Shown here: piece by piece, positions 35,921-36,250 of the stretch | How positions within the stretch are numbered: position 1 is the stretch's first letter | Layout: every line of letters starts with the position of its first letter | NCBI RefSeq assembly: GCF_001194135.2 | Contig: NC_068995.1 | Coordinates: 884,997-921,246, forward strand | Source: Octopus bimaculoides | Taxonomy: Eukaryota | Length of the DNA: 36,250 nucleotides | Reading direction: 5' to 3' | The notes under the pieces: model-generated | Seen by the model: only the letters and a program-made list of their open reading frames with translations | Database searches by the model: none | What the model was told of the DNA's origin: nothing | Made by a program: the position numbers and the translations under genes

Positions 35921-36250
35921 AATACTTCACAGGAAGTTTATTTTACCGCCTCCCTTTAATCAACGCTAATCAACTTCCGTTTCCCAAATGTGTTAAACCT
36001 GTAATCTCTGCTTAAGTGAGGCGACGGCCTCAAGTTTTAGGTGGCGGAGGGAGGAGGAGAGACTAGGACGGAGTGGTTTGTAAGGGATCATTTGATGAGA
36101 AAAGTATGGGAGGTGGGAGGGGGGACTAGTTGTCTCATCGCTACCCTAGAAGACGACGGGAGCGGAGTGGGTGGGTAGCAGCTTAAATGGGAGTGGGTGG
36201 GAAGAGTGTTCGTGTTGAATAGATTTCGGGTACCGGAAAGGTAGAATAGG

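Overview
Eukaryotic, AT-rich, largely non-coding draft-genome sequence. It has extremely dense di-, tri- and tetranucleotide microsatellites and ten N-gaps (about 4.1 kb, roughly 11%), nearly all abutting simple repeats. The repeat landscape looks like a cephalopod (Octopus-type) assembly; this is recalled from known repeat motifs, not searched. Almost every ORF in the supplied track is an artefact of microsatellites or N-runs, and no host protein-coding gene could be recognised. Supported features are a decayed, 3'-truncated Tc1/mariner (maT/DD37D-like) transposase at about 9.6-10.25 kb, a 3' RT fragment of a non-LTR retrotransposon at about 29.5-29.76 kb, and several tRNA-derived SINE copies of three types. 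Weaker calls are a pogo/Tigger relic, a Penelope-like terminal segment carrying a degenerate minimal hammerhead-ribozyme motif, and an unclassified two-copy ~88-bp repeat with a 16-bp palindrome. Several isolated splice-site-flanked segments could be exons of a large-intron gene but are unconfirmed. There is no CRISPR array, rRNA, intact tRNA or prokaryote-type system.
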